From: Octopus bimaculoides
Taxonomy: Eukaryota
Reading direction: 5' to 3'
Assembly (NCBI RefSeq): GCF_001194135.2
Contig: NC_068997.1
Coordinates: 31,047,272 to 31,080,574 of the forward strand
DNA: 33,303 nt
Part shown: in pieces, positions 1 to 11,449 of the stretch
Layout of the letters: each line of letters begins with the position of its first letter
How positions within the stretch are numbered: position 1 is the first letter of the stretch
Made by a program: the position numbers and the translations under genes
Notes under the pieces: model-generated
Seen by the model: the letters and a program-made list of their open reading frames with translations, nothing else
What the model was told of the DNA's origin: nothing
The model's database searches: none

Positions 1-50
<50 letters not shown>

Positions 51-62
51 GTGTGTGTGTGT
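1..62. repeat. (TG)n microsatellite
   Basis: Nearly perfect TG dinucleotide run at the window start. Confidence 0.98.
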
Positions 63-295
63 GTAAAAGAAGAAAACAAAATGGAGATTACGAAGTGAGT
101 AATTGATTATTATTAACAACAAATTGGTCATCTTGTTAATAAGAAATAATTATTAAATTCCTAATCTCCATTATCTTTTCTTTTAAATGGATATAAACTA
201 TATGCTTTATATATACCTATTGTTTTAAGGGAATTTTATTCCCCGCAAATCCTAAGTATTGAACCAGTATTTCCTTGGCTGCAACCATCCTTTCA

Positions 296-532
296 CAATG
301 AGATTTTGTTCTACCAGGGTTTGCAGGACGTCCTCGCCGATCTCTACAGATAATCCAGGACGTGGTTCGTATTCTAGGTTGTAGTTTCCGGCTCTGAATT
401 TCTGAAACACCGTTGACACTAGCTTACGCTTATTGTCCGATCCCCAAATACTACATTAATATTCCTCGCACTTTTGCCTTTATTGAACTCATAAAGCAAA
501 CTATGCCGAATATGCTCCTTTGTTACTTCCAT
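296..532 (-). pseudogene. Mariner transposase N-terminal helix-turn-helix fragment
   Basis: From ATG at 532: MEVTKEHIRHSLLYEFNKGKSARNINVVFGDRTISVS*CQR, frameshift, then FQKFRAGNYNLEYEPRPGLSVEIGEDVLQTLVEQNL. Resembles mariner WFxKFxxGxxxLEDExRxGRP; has a stop, a frameshift and a 3' truncation. Confidence 0.88.
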
Positions 533-718
533 TATAACTTTGAAAAAATAACTGCTAAAATCGAACTGCACTCTTATAAACTTGCACTAAGAATAAGTAC
601 AAGGTAGAATTACGACCTGCATTTATAGCAAGTTGATGCAGGTAATTTATCCCGTCTCCTTCCGACTTTTAATTCATGCAATTGAAAAAACCGCATTATT
701 TACGGGATGACCCAATAT
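296..718 (-). mobile_element. Mariner (Tc1/mariner) DNA transposon, 5' end only: left TIR, leader and start of transposase
   Basis: Minus strand begins TA-TTGGGTCATCCCGTAAATAATGCGG (mariner-type terminus, about 718) and leads to a transposase N-terminus. No matching second TIR seen. Confidence 0.85.
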
Positions 719-1559
719 ATATACGGAAGAGGAGGAGTTTAGGTCATGGTAACCCAAACTAAAAGGTGCACCGTGTGTGTTCCAATCGATAAGTCACTAG
801 AATCTCAACTCGAATATGGGCTGGAGTTGTAGTAGCACAAATCCCCTTTTGGAAATGAACCAGTAATCAGAAGCTTATCTTTGACTCAGTAGGTGTAGAT
901 TAAAGAAGTGCTTAAAGAAGTTTTCTCTGTGTAAAGAAATCCAACAAATATGATATATCTATAACACCTAACTGAAACATTTACTATCATTGAGTTGCAT
1001 CAAATACTATCTCTGAGTACACATAGAATCAAACGGATCATAGTCTCACCAAATTACATTCTTATTTTATTTTATTTTATTTTATTCAAAATAGCATTTT
1101 GATCTTAGTTCTAAGTGTCGATCTCATTCGAAAGCTTTGATTGGTAATTTTTCAATTTAAATTATTTATTTACTCTTATCCCTTACTTTAGCTTATTTTA
1201 TCCTATTATTATCAACTTCCTATCTTTATTTTTTAACCTCTATTTGCATTACATTATGCCACATGTCTTATATTATCGTTGTAAATCTTAATTCTTAAAT
1301 TTTAAATCCCCCCCTTACAGTTCCGCACCTCTTTCTAGCATTTTATCTTTCCTTAGTGGATAGCAAACTGCAACGACAAAATTTGACTACCCACATCTAC
1401 TCTTCTTTGGCTATTATTTCTCTTACGTCTACTTTATTAAGCTTTTTTCCCTTTACTCCTGTTAATAGCCTAGATTCAAGGTATGACATCTGCTTTATTT
1501 CATCCTGGTCCTTATCGGACTTTCTTGACTTTTATCCCCACCCAAATTCTTTGGGTCTA

Positions 1560-2808
1560 GTTACGAGCTAAACTCCGCCATCATCATTGACCCACCGGCT
1601 TCCCCAAACAGTTGCAGGAAGTGCTGTTGAAAAACTGCACACATCTGCTCAAAACCCAGTAACACGCACCCGCCCCGACCTATCAAAGACCCGATCGTAG
1701 TATAGTTACCACGGGGCGTCGCCATCGTTCAGCTCCATCAGAAACCATTAGTTCTGTTATGCTCTTAACGCACAGGCCTCAGGTTTGACTATGCATCCGT
1801 CGTGTTTCAATTCAAAAGTCACCAAGGGACATTCTCGCCGCTAACACGTGAGTTGCGATGTCTTTATTAATCGTATCTTCTAATTTTCTAACTAGTTCTC
1901 CTGTAATCTATTTCTCTCTATAGCTAACGCTTTGCTAAACGCTATCGATTCTGCTCTAATCGCCCTCTTCAGGACGATCAACCACCAGTTGCTAAAGATT
2001 ACCCTCATCAACTGCTGCTTAACTAGTTCGCCAATCCGGTTCCTGTAGTCATTGCGTACCGGAAAGGACGCGTTTAACTTCCAGTAACGGGGCCCCTGAC
2101 TACAAGTTCTATCCAAATTGACTGCAGATCGCAAATTTGTGGTCTGTGTAGGCAACCAATTTCAATTGTTAACAACCTATACTATTCTTATCTGATGATC
2201 TAACAAATATTCTATCTAGATACGATTTGGATAACCTATTGTGGCTGCTCCATATATGCACTGGTACATCAGGGAAATCCAGCCGATACCTGCCTGACAG
2301 CTGGAGGATTCTAGCAGGCTTTCAAGGCGTTTGCACCCTCTTCTTTGTACAAGATCTACACAATCCTTTCGCGCGTCCAAAATACTATTGCAGTCATTCA
2401 CTAGCGCCAAAGTGCGAGACATTCCCAGGAATGTTTCTAGACCCCTGACAAAGTGTAGCCTTCCTGCCTCTGTCAGCACATACCAATCTAAAGGCACCAC
2501 TTTTGCTGTCGTATACGTCTAACACAACCAACATACTGTCGGATACAAGAAGACTGTTCTTACTTTGAGACCTTAGAATTTCTGGAGTGCCACATCTACA
2601 CCACCACCCGCTCCCATCATCCACAAGATGATAATATCTAGTATTCTTTGAAACTGAATGTTAGAGCATGATTCCCGGGACTTCTTGTCTGTCTCACTGA
2701 TGGTGATTCGTCTAAATGTAGGGACCTGAAATCGTTGTGCAGGTGACCTTGCGTCCAGATTGAATGTAACTCCCCAACATTTATACAGCTAACTATAAGT
2801 GTAGCCAT
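1560..2808 (-). mobile_element. Tx1/L1-like LINE ORF2 relic: APE endonuclease and following linker
   Basis: ATG at 2808 gives MATLIVSCINVGELHSIWTQGHLHNDFRSLHLD. Later pieces read VRGLETFLGMSRTLALVNDCNSILDARKD, GPRYWKLNAS...LKRAIRAESIAFSKALAIERNR and EQMCAVFQQHFLQLFG. Many stops and frameshifts; no RT core seen. Confidence 0.85.
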
Positions 2809-2899
2809 TTAACTTAGAGAACATAAAATAGAGTTCCGTACCTTGGTCTTCAATGGATCACTGTTGAAACAGTCTTCTTTTTGGTCGAGGGGTGAGGAT

Positions 2900-3880
2900 G
2901 GAAGGGTTTTTCTAGAAATGTTTTTGGAGGCTAGTTACTAAACCCTGCAGTGTCCTGGTGGAATTCGTATTTCAAATCCAGATATGAACCCGTATCTGTT
3001 TGGATTAACATCCTGTTCGATGGCGTTTTTGGGAGGTGTTCTGCACAGCTTTCCCCACTTGTTACAATGCTTTTGTTATTAAATACTTCCTCAATCAATT
3101 CCATGTTGCTCTTCTGAACAACAGTGAAGTTAATGAAAGAAGTACATACTCGAGAGTGTCACTGTTTTGTTTTTCTGATGTTTCTTTTTGTTTTCATGTT
3201 TTTTTTTGTGAATGCGAAGGTCTTTATAAAAATGGGTTTCCTTTTGATGAAGGTGTTGATGTTGGTGTCGATTTGTTTTTAAATTGGTGTTGTGATGGAT
3301 TTTGTTTTTATTGTCATCTCTTAGGGTTTTCACTTTGGGCCAGTCACTCTTTGCTTGAAATTCAGTTTTTCTCCTGTCCCAGACAAAGGCCTTTTGGTGC
3401 GATGTCAAAGACGTCTTTGCGCTTTGCTTTTGTGAGGCTTGAATCGGAGAAAAGAGGCAGATGTAATGTAGTAATATTGTGCACACCTTGTGTGGAGACC
3501 TTGCTTGTTCCAACACGGAGCAAAAGGCTTTGGGTGGTTCGTATTGCTACACACAAAATAATTCGATTCTTTACCTTCAATATAAACAGGCATCTATTCG
3601 CATTCACCGAAACAGAAAAAATCGGAATGCGATTTATTTACTTTGGGGAAACTAGTATCTGGAATTCCATAAATATTCCAGTCCTTTTAAGTTGTATGGT
3701 AGATTTCACCTCCACAATCTTCCCATACTCCTCAAGAATGGCTAAAACGCACGCCAGATCAAGTTGAATAAGTACCTTCTTGACTCGAATTCGAGTCAAC
3801 ATTTTACTCATGTAAAGGAGAATCATCACAAAAGCCTGGGACGTGCAAGTTATAATAGCCATTTTTCTGACCACAAAACT
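2900..3880 (-). mobile_element. Tx1/L1-like LINE ORF1 (gag-like) relic
   Basis: Lies directly upstream of and co-oriented with the APE ORF. Broken frames (3638-3874, 3362-3607, 3405-3593, 3130-3516) include a degenerate knuckle (APCWNKQGLHTRC) and a K/Q/H-rich tail. Confidence 0.7.
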
Positions 3881-3884
3881 GCAG

Positions 3885-6000
3885 ACCGATAACTTGTCTC
3901 CCTACAATTTATAAAGCCTTTACTGCAATAATATTACAGAGAATGGGCAAACATCTGGAAGAAAACACCTTGTTTCCAGAAGAACGGAAAGGATGCTGAA
4001 AGGGCTCATGCGGATTTATAGATCAACTATTGATCAATAAAGTCATAACTGAAGAGAGTCGAAAGAAATTGGAGGTGCTAAGCATGGCTTGGCTCGATTA
4101 TCGAAAGGCTTTTGATAGTATTCCCCACACATGAACCCTAGAAGTACTAGCCATGAATAAGGTAACACCAATAATCATAAAATATATAAAGCATTCCATG
4201 AATAAATGGGAAACAATGCTACTGCTTCAGACAAAACAGAAACTCATAAAAACCAAAGCCACCCTCATTAAAAGAAGAATATTCCTGGGAGACACACTCT
4301 CTCTATTCCTTTTAATACTTGGAACTGACACCATAATCTGACATGGTAAGCAGAACTGGATGTGGATACAATTGTTACAGCAAACAATCAACCATCTCTT
4401 GAATATGGATGATCTAAAACTGCATGCTGCAAATATCAAACAACTGGAAACATCATTACAGACAATGCATGTATATTTCTTGGCAAAGAAATATACATGA
4501 AATTTGGCTTAGAAAAATGTGCCAAAGCAACCTTGAAAAGAGGGAATCTAGTTAAGAGTAACAACATCACAGTAGATAAAGCAAATGAAATAAGAAAATT
4601 AAACCGCAACCAAACATGCAAATACATAGGAATCAATGAACCAGATACAATAAAACACATATAAATGAAAGACAATATAAAAAAGGAATACTATAGTCAT
4701 GTTAGATTAATACTGAAAACAGAGTTCAATGGCAAAATCAAGATAATAGGTATAAACATTTTAGCCGACTCACTCATAAGTTACTGCTACAATATGGACT
4801 CTAAATGAACTAACTAAACTAGACAGGTAAACAAGAAAAATAATGAAGGGATTTAGGATGCACCATCCAAGTTCTGACATAGAAAGGTTTTATATACAAC
4901 GTATTGAAGGTTGTAGAGGCCTTATAGAACTAGAAATCTATTATAAAATAACCACCATAGGATTACAGAAATACTTAATTCAGAAAGGAGGATTGGTACA
5001 AATAGTTTTGTGTTTTTAAGGAAGCTGAAAAATACAAGAAAGAAGTCATTACATTACCTGACCACTTTGAAGAAAAAAGAAAAAAAATCAAAAGCTATAA
5101 AACAATTGAGGTCCAAACCCAAACTGAAACAACAGCGTATCGTGACAAAACGATGGCAAGAAAAGCTCCTACATGGGAAATATTGGGTTAAGCTAAACAA
5201 GACAGACATAGACAAAGCAAAATCTCAACAATAGTTAAAAAGTTCAGGATACAATTTTTTAAAATTACAGCACAAGATCAAAGCCTTCCCACCAGAAATC
5301 ACCAAAAACATGAAATCCCAAAATACAAGTAACTACAGAAATATGTGGTGATGGAGAAGAAACAATAAATCATATTGTCTCTGGCTGCCAAGTCCTGGCT
5401 GAGAAGGAATCTATTCACAGACATGACAGAGTTGGAACTTATATACACTGGAAGGCATGACAACACTATGGAATAAAAACAGAAAAAGATGGTATAAACA
5501 AACCCCAGAAAAGGTCTCAGAAAATGATTAACCAACCGTACACTGGGATATGCCAATACACAGAGAAATTAAGGTCAATAAGCCAGATATAGTTGTTAGA
5601 GATCACCAAGAACAAAACAATGCATTCCAATCGATACCAACAGATGACGTTTCTCTAAAAGAAACGGAAAACCCTCAAAGTACAAAGATCTGGAAATAGA
5701 GGTAACTCGAATGTGGAGCCTAAAAACAGAAACAATTCCTATAATAGTAGGTGCATTAGGTATGAGAAACAACATTCGGATAAATACATAACCAAAACAC
5801 CAGGACTTACAAATATATATGACATACAGAAAATTGCACTACTGGGCACTGCACACAACCTACGTAAAGCACTTTCAATACAGTGAAAATATGAGCACCA
5901 CAACAAAACCCAGCACATCCCCAAGGTACATAGAGTTACGCTCGATTGTGCAGTAGAAGCACATGATGAAAGTAAAATTGCTGAATATTAATGATGATAA
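3885..6000 (+). mobile_element. R4/Dong-type LINE (RT plus restriction-like endonuclease), 5'-truncated and degenerate
   Basis: Pieces read ITCLPTIYKAFTA, AWLDYRKAFDSIPH, IFLGDTLS, LLNMDDLKL, HHPSSDIERFYI, RWQEKLLHGKYW, ETINHIVSGCQ, KPDIVVRD and GTAHNLRKALSIQ*. A short 3' UTR ends in TAA/TGA triplets. Confidence 0.92.
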
Positions 6001-6001
6001 A

Positions 6002-7100
6002 ACTTGACAGAAAAAAACTAGATAACTATTGACAATGTATGGAGCCCGCCATACGAAAACTGACACCAACCAGCTGTACCTGAAGAGAGATCTGATTGGT
6101 AGAGAATTAATTGTTGTGGGAGAGTGTGTATAAAAGAAAAGCACAGAGAAATTAATAACGGAAGTGAATAAGGAACTGGTGATCAAATGTGGAATAGGAA
6201 AAAAGGATAAGAATGAAATTCAAAGTGAGCACGTTTGACAGATTGAAGAGAAACCTCACGAAGGTCAATTTTGGAGAGCCACTGCAGATGTAAGTGGAAC
6301 AAAATCCTGAGTTTGGTGAAAAAAGGGTAATCAGAAAAGGAAAAAAGAGAGCCTAATTGTAGCAACTCAGGATCAAACAAGAAAAGCAAACAGCTTGAGG
6401 GCAAATTTATGTGGGGAGAATGTGTCAGTAAAATATGGAGTTTGTGGAACTTCGATGGAGACATTGTCACAGAATTACCCAAGTTCGGACACGAAGAATA
6501 TACGAAATGGAGGCACGACCAAGTAGTAAAAGTTTTACACTGGAAGCTTTGCCATAAACGGGTATTTGAAGTTGGGGACACATGGTACGAACGATGGGTT
6601 GAAAGAGTATTGGAGTAATAGAACAGTAAGATTTTGTGGGACTTTCCAATTCAAACAGCCAAGAAGCTAGAAAATAATTGACCGGACATAACAATAATAA
6701 GCAAAGAAAAGCGAAGTTGCTTACTAATTGATCCGTCATGTACGTTTGATTCCAGGATCGTAAAGAAAGAAGTTGAAAATCACAAAAATATAACTCTTAA
6801 AATTAGAAATTACAAGAATTTGGAATATGAAAAGTGTAAAAGTTGTGCCTATAATGATTGGTTCATTCAGAACTGTAAGCAAAGATACAGACAAATGGTT
6901 GTAGGAGATTAGAATAGAATGTCCAGTAGAGCTTCTACAGAACTTTTGCCTCTTAGAGACAGGAGATATTACCTTGAGTGTTTTAAGCACTTGAAAGACT
7001 ATTGAAAGCTAGTGGATACCTAATGCTACAGGTCGTAACCCGCTACTCACATAAACCCTGCCAGGAATAAAACAGAAACTGAGTCAAATCAATAATAATA
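6002..7100 (+). mobile_element. Second R4/Dong-type LINE, 5'-truncated, in tandem with the first
   Basis: Pieces read LDRK..LLTMYGARHTKTDTNQLYLKR, EEYTKWRHDQVVKVLHWKLCHK, ILWDFPIQT and VVPIMIGS; ends in caataataataa at about 7100. Confidence 0.88.
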
Positions 7101-7308
7101 AACCTCTCTACTATAGCCACAAGGCATGGAATTTGAGGGGAGGGGATAGTAAAAAACATCGGCCTCAGTACTTAACTGGTACTTAATTTATTGACCCCGA
7201 AAGGATGAAAAGCAAAGTCAAGCTCGGCGGAATTTGAACTCAACACGCAGCGACGGGTGAAACACCGCTAAGCATTTCACCAAGCTAACAATTCTGTCTG
7301 CTCGCCGC
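7101..7308 (-). mobile_element. tRNA-derived SINE, family A
   Basis: Minus strand has a tRNA-like head with B-box GAGTTCAAATTCC followed by core CTTTTCATCCTTTCGGGGTCAATAAATTAAGTACCAG. Related copies at about 17890, 19140 and 24710. Confidence 0.88.
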
Positions 7309-7579
7309 AATAAAATTAATAATAATAATAACAATAAATATTACACCTACAACAATACCAACAGCGCCAGATGAAGCCAACTCTCATGCTACTGGCATAT
7401 CTATACTCTCTATTTCCAATACTTCTTATGTGGCTAATCTTAACAATAATAGCGTGGATAATATTGACAATACACTTGAATATAGCACGTATGTGGAGGA
7501 TAAATCTGATTGACCCAAATCCATTCATCACATATTTCTTAGTAATAGCAATAATAACATACATAATAAAAATAATTTA

Positions 7580-8542
7580 CCATGGTACGTAGGTTAATCG
7601 TTTTTTAATTTAGTATTTTTTCATTTGTCTTGCTCGTTTACAGTCTGTTGTGTCGCTAAATTTTCTACTGAGAACATTTTTTTCGTGGTTAGATGATTCG
7701 GCATCTATTTCTAGCATTTAAGAATCCACATTTGCTGGTCATTCCTCTTATTTTTGTATGTAATATAATTTTAATCTTCGGAATTTTTTTAATATGCTAG
7801 ACCACTGGTTTTAATTGATTAATATCAATTTCTACCCTCATTAATAAATTTTAAATAAATAATATATGTTCTCTAACCAGTTAAATTAGCTGCAGAAATT
7901 AATTAACTGCAGAATTATTTCCGGACTTAGCGCGCCAGATTTGAAGACATTTGATAGGATACGCTGAATGTAATCGCAGAACTCTACACGTGTTCACTTA
8001 CGGGTGGATGGCTTGTGTCTAGTTCTGTGTATTGCATCTCAAAGAGACAAACTTACCCTGACGATCCTGCAGATATTTACTTATGTAAATTTTAACAGGT
8101 GAAACCATGGTACGTAGGTTAATCGTTTTTTGATTTAGTATTTTTTCATTTGTCTTGCTCGCTTACAGTCTGTTGTGTCGCTAAATTTTCTACTGAGAAC
8201 ATTTTTTTCGTGGTTAGATGATTCGGCATCTATTTCTAGCATTTAGGAATCCACATTTGCTGGTCATTCCTCTTATTTTTNNNNNNNNNNTTGATTTAGT
8301 ATTTTTTCATTTGTCTTGCTCGCTTACAGTCTGTTGTGTCGCTAAATTTTCTACTGAGAACATTTTTTTCGTGGTTAGATGATTCGGCATCTATTTCTAG
8401 CATTTAGGAATCCACATTTGCTGGTCATTCCTCTTATTTTTGTACGTAATATAATTTTAATCTTCGGATTTTTTTTAATATGCTAGACCACTGGTTTTAA
8501 TTGATTAATATCAATTTCTACCCTCATTAATAAATTTTAAAT
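7580..8542. repeat. Local direct duplication of about 280 bp (7580-7858 and 8106-8542), with part of the second copy repeated across a 10-N gap
   Basis: catggtacgtaggttaatcg...ccctcattaataaattttaaat occurs twice; 8131-8280 recurs at 8291-8440. Confidence 0.93.
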
Positions 8543-8625
8543 ATATGGATATATATATACATATATGTATGTATGGATATATATATATATATATATATAA
8601 AATTTCAAAATTAATTTGTAATTAT

Positions 8626-8925
8626 GTGCCAACATTGCTGTAAAATCAAAGTCGAAAAATCCTATAAAAAAAAACACAAACCACTGGAAATACAAGCACA
8701 GCAGAAATCGGGCGATGAGCAAAGAAATGTGCATATTTCAGCAGAAAACCGCAGAATGAGGAAATAGATATCCCTAGATCAATTGATTTCAAATTTTGAG
8801 AGTCTATCTGCCTTAATTATCATTAACAGGTCTCACTATATACCAGTTGTGTTTGTATTTCCAGTGATTGTTGGGGTTCTTTTTATAGGATTTTTCGACT
8901 CTGATGTTTACAGCAATGTCGACAC
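8626..8925. repeat. Imperfect inverted repeat with arms 8626-8700 and 8848-8925
   Basis: acattgctgtaaaatcaaagtcgaaaaatcctataaaaa...cactggaaatacaagcaca is the reverse complement of tgtgtttgtatttccagtg...tttttataggatttttcgactctgatgtttacagcaatgt. Confidence 0.9.
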
Positions 8926-9399
8926 TTCGTGTGCCCTATACAATTTTGGATATTCCATTTATTTCCTTTTGCTTGTTGGCCACTTATATTATTGTTGTTG
9001 TTATTTATTTTACCAATAATAATTAAGAATAATAGCTATATAAATATTTTTGAATATTTATTTATTTACGAATTGTATATATATATATATTTATATATAT
9101 ACACGTGCAATCTCCCAAAGCTTGTTGGCACATTGTATGATTATAATGTCTGTATTTACTAAAATACATTTCCTTTTCAAAATTTAATAGAATCTACAAA
9201 GCGAACTCATTTTGCTTATCAATACCTCTATGCAAAATGATGAACATTTTGATAGTGTGAACCAAAGGAACCGCTAACTTACAGAAACATTTCATTCAGT
9301 ATTTGTGTGCGTTCTCATTCAAATCCAACTGTCGCAAAATCTCATCAACGTAGGTCTTCACATTTGCATTGTAATGAGTGTATGTGAGTTTGCTTGTGT

Positions 9400-9455
9400 G
9401 CGTGTATGTGAGTGTGTGTGTGTGCGTGCGTGTGTGTGTGTATGTGTGTGTGTGA
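9400..9455. repeat. Imperfect (TG)n microsatellite
   Basis: Direct reading. Confidence 0.9.
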
Positions 9456-9479
9456 CAGCTTGTTGCAGTAATTTGAAGG

Positions 9480-9745
9480 AAATACGACAGTTTTTCCAAC
9501 GAGCATACTGGCAAAATATGATAATGGCGTGACAAAGCCTATACATTATAAAGGTTCCGCGGAAGGAAAAAATATTAAATTTTGATACAAAATCCATCTT
9601 TCTTCCAATAAACACCCACTGAAGAGACATGCTACAACCTCTCGGCATTAATTTGCGAACTTCAAGAGGAGAACATCATCTACAACATCAAATGTAAGAT
9701 CCTCACTAAGATCAAAACTTACATCAATAGACCAAAGTAAAGTTT
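9480..9745 (+). mobile_element. Penelope-like (Naiad-type) GIY-YIG endonuclease relic
   Basis: Frameshifted pieces AKYDNGVTKPIHYKGSAEGK and HATT/SALICELQEENIIYNIKCKILTKIKTY parallel YIGS...T(L)SxLIWELK...IxWxIL of the element at 32.6-32.8 kb. Confidence 0.7.
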
Positions 9746-10156
9746 CGTAGGCGCGCTGGAAAAACTATCTTTAAAAAAGTGAAAAACTCCAGAGAATATA
9801 TTAACGTTTCAGGCGAGATTTTTTATTCATGACCTCATTTTGCAAAATACTTCAATACATCATGTTGGAAATTAAGGCTAAACGACTGGATACAACACAA
9901 CCTATTCCAGTGTTGGTTTTTCTAATTTTTGATACTCAAAGAGAATTGATTATATTTCTTGTGCAGTTAAATATCACCCTTTGATTACTCTTGTCTTTTT
10001 CTGTATGCATGTGCTCGTTCATACATCAATTACAGCGAACATAGTTGTTAAAAACCTTTTTTGCTTTTCTTGCCAGCTTCAAAAGTAGAAATGTAAATTG
10101 ATATGTTGACCAGAAAACCACGTGTAGTTATATTTCACAAGATATTTTGTGGTTTT

Positions 10157-10157
10157 G

Positions 10158-10199
<42 letters not shown>

Positions 10200-10365
10200 G
10201 ATAATAATAATAATAATAAATGATAATAATAATAATAATAATAATAAATGATAATAATAATAATAATGATAAATGATAATAATAATAATAATGATAAATG
10301 ATAATAATAATAATAATAATAATAAATGATAATAATAATAATAATGATAATAATAATAATAATGA
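10157..10365. repeat. Compound (TAA/TGA)n array with a higher-order unit (aaatgataataataat...)
   Basis: Direct reading; source of the poly-I/Y/L spurious ORFs. Confidence 0.97.
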
Positions 10366-10830
10366 ACAAGGGTAATCGCATGGACAGTAGCTAAACAGCT
10401 TAGACAGAAAGACAAGGAAGTTGCTAACTAGATATGAAGCACTCCACCCAAAAAGTGACAAAGACAGACTGTATGTAGCAAGAAAAAGAGGGGGAAGAGG
10501 ACTTATTGGATGCAAACACAGCATTATAGCAGAAGAAAACAACATAGCATGCCACAGAACCGCTACAAGAAGGTCAGGCTTGTGTACGATGAAAGATTGC
10601 AAAGATAAAGCACTATGCAAGAAATCGAAAACGAATGAAACTGAAAATAGGTGGGTAACGAAAAGAATGCATGGTCAATTTTATAGAGATGTTGAATACA
10701 GTTTGTAAAATTCAGTATTCTGGAATCTATCGGAGAGTATTTAAACGATATAGCACACCATTTCGCTACAGTTGCCAATTTTGGAATACGACTGTCAATA
10801 CACAGACCTGATGATTACCTAATGCAAGAA
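10366..10830 (+). mobile_element. R4/Dong-type LINE internal fragment with deletions
   Basis: LDRKTRKLLTRYEALHPKSDKDRLYVARKRGGRGLIGC and WVTKRMHGQFYR, homologous to the 4.8-5.2 kb region. Confidence 0.88.
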
Positions 10831-11449
10831 AGTACTAGTTTATTTCAATATTGTAAAATAGTAAAACTGTAAAATTGTAAAACTTGCAAATAATAAAACG
10901 TGAGGATCAGACTAAGTTGGAATTTCATCGTTATACACACAATCATACAAACTCGAATATGTATCAATATTTCTATTGTGTATAAGCCAACATGTCTGGA
11001 AGGCAGCAAACGAATTTAGCAACATCAGAAACAATTCTCAAGGAAATATCATCGAGATTATCAACACTTATAATATCGGTGTTTAACACACAAACCTGCA
11101 TCTTGAAGGAAATAGAGAAACTGTCTACAGATGGAAAACGAGTAAGTAAACACATAAACTCCGAAATTAAGAATTTATTTGAAATTGTACAAACAGCTAC
11201 AGAAGCTACAAGAAGAAGCCTATCACAACCATTTTAGATGTTAGGACTGCACAAAAGAAGGTTAGAAAACGAACACTGAAAAAAAAAAGAGATTTGGAAG
11301 ATATGGCAAAGACTTATCAACATAAGAAAACAAAATTTCTGGAAGGCATATAAATGCGAAAAATACGTTGATATTCATTTTAAGTACTGCACTCATACTC
11401 CCTCGTAATTACTTATTTAAGGAAATTGTATGAAAGAAAAATTCGATGG

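Noticed and set aside
3036-3767. 243-aa plus-strand ORF rich in Phe and Cys
   Set aside because: Antisense shadow of the K/Q-rich LINE ORF1.
7371-7592. Hydrophobic 73-aa ORF
   Set aside because: Low-complexity AT-rich sequence with no homology or expression support; open frames occur on both strands.
8057-8066. Possible 10-nt minus-strand micro-exon (ctgcag|GATCGTCAGG|gtaagt), and an 11-nt plus-strand one at about 8100-8110
   Set aside because: It would shift the TRPM frame, does not encode the expected residues and has a poor pyrimidine tract; probably chance.
8131-8440. 150-bp tandem duplication
   Set aside because: Near-identical copies on either side of a 10-N gap are typical of an unmerged contig overlap.
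10079-10620. Poly-Ile/Tyr/Leu ORFs that resemble membrane proteins
   Set aside because: Translations of the (TAA)n array and the antisense of a LINE.
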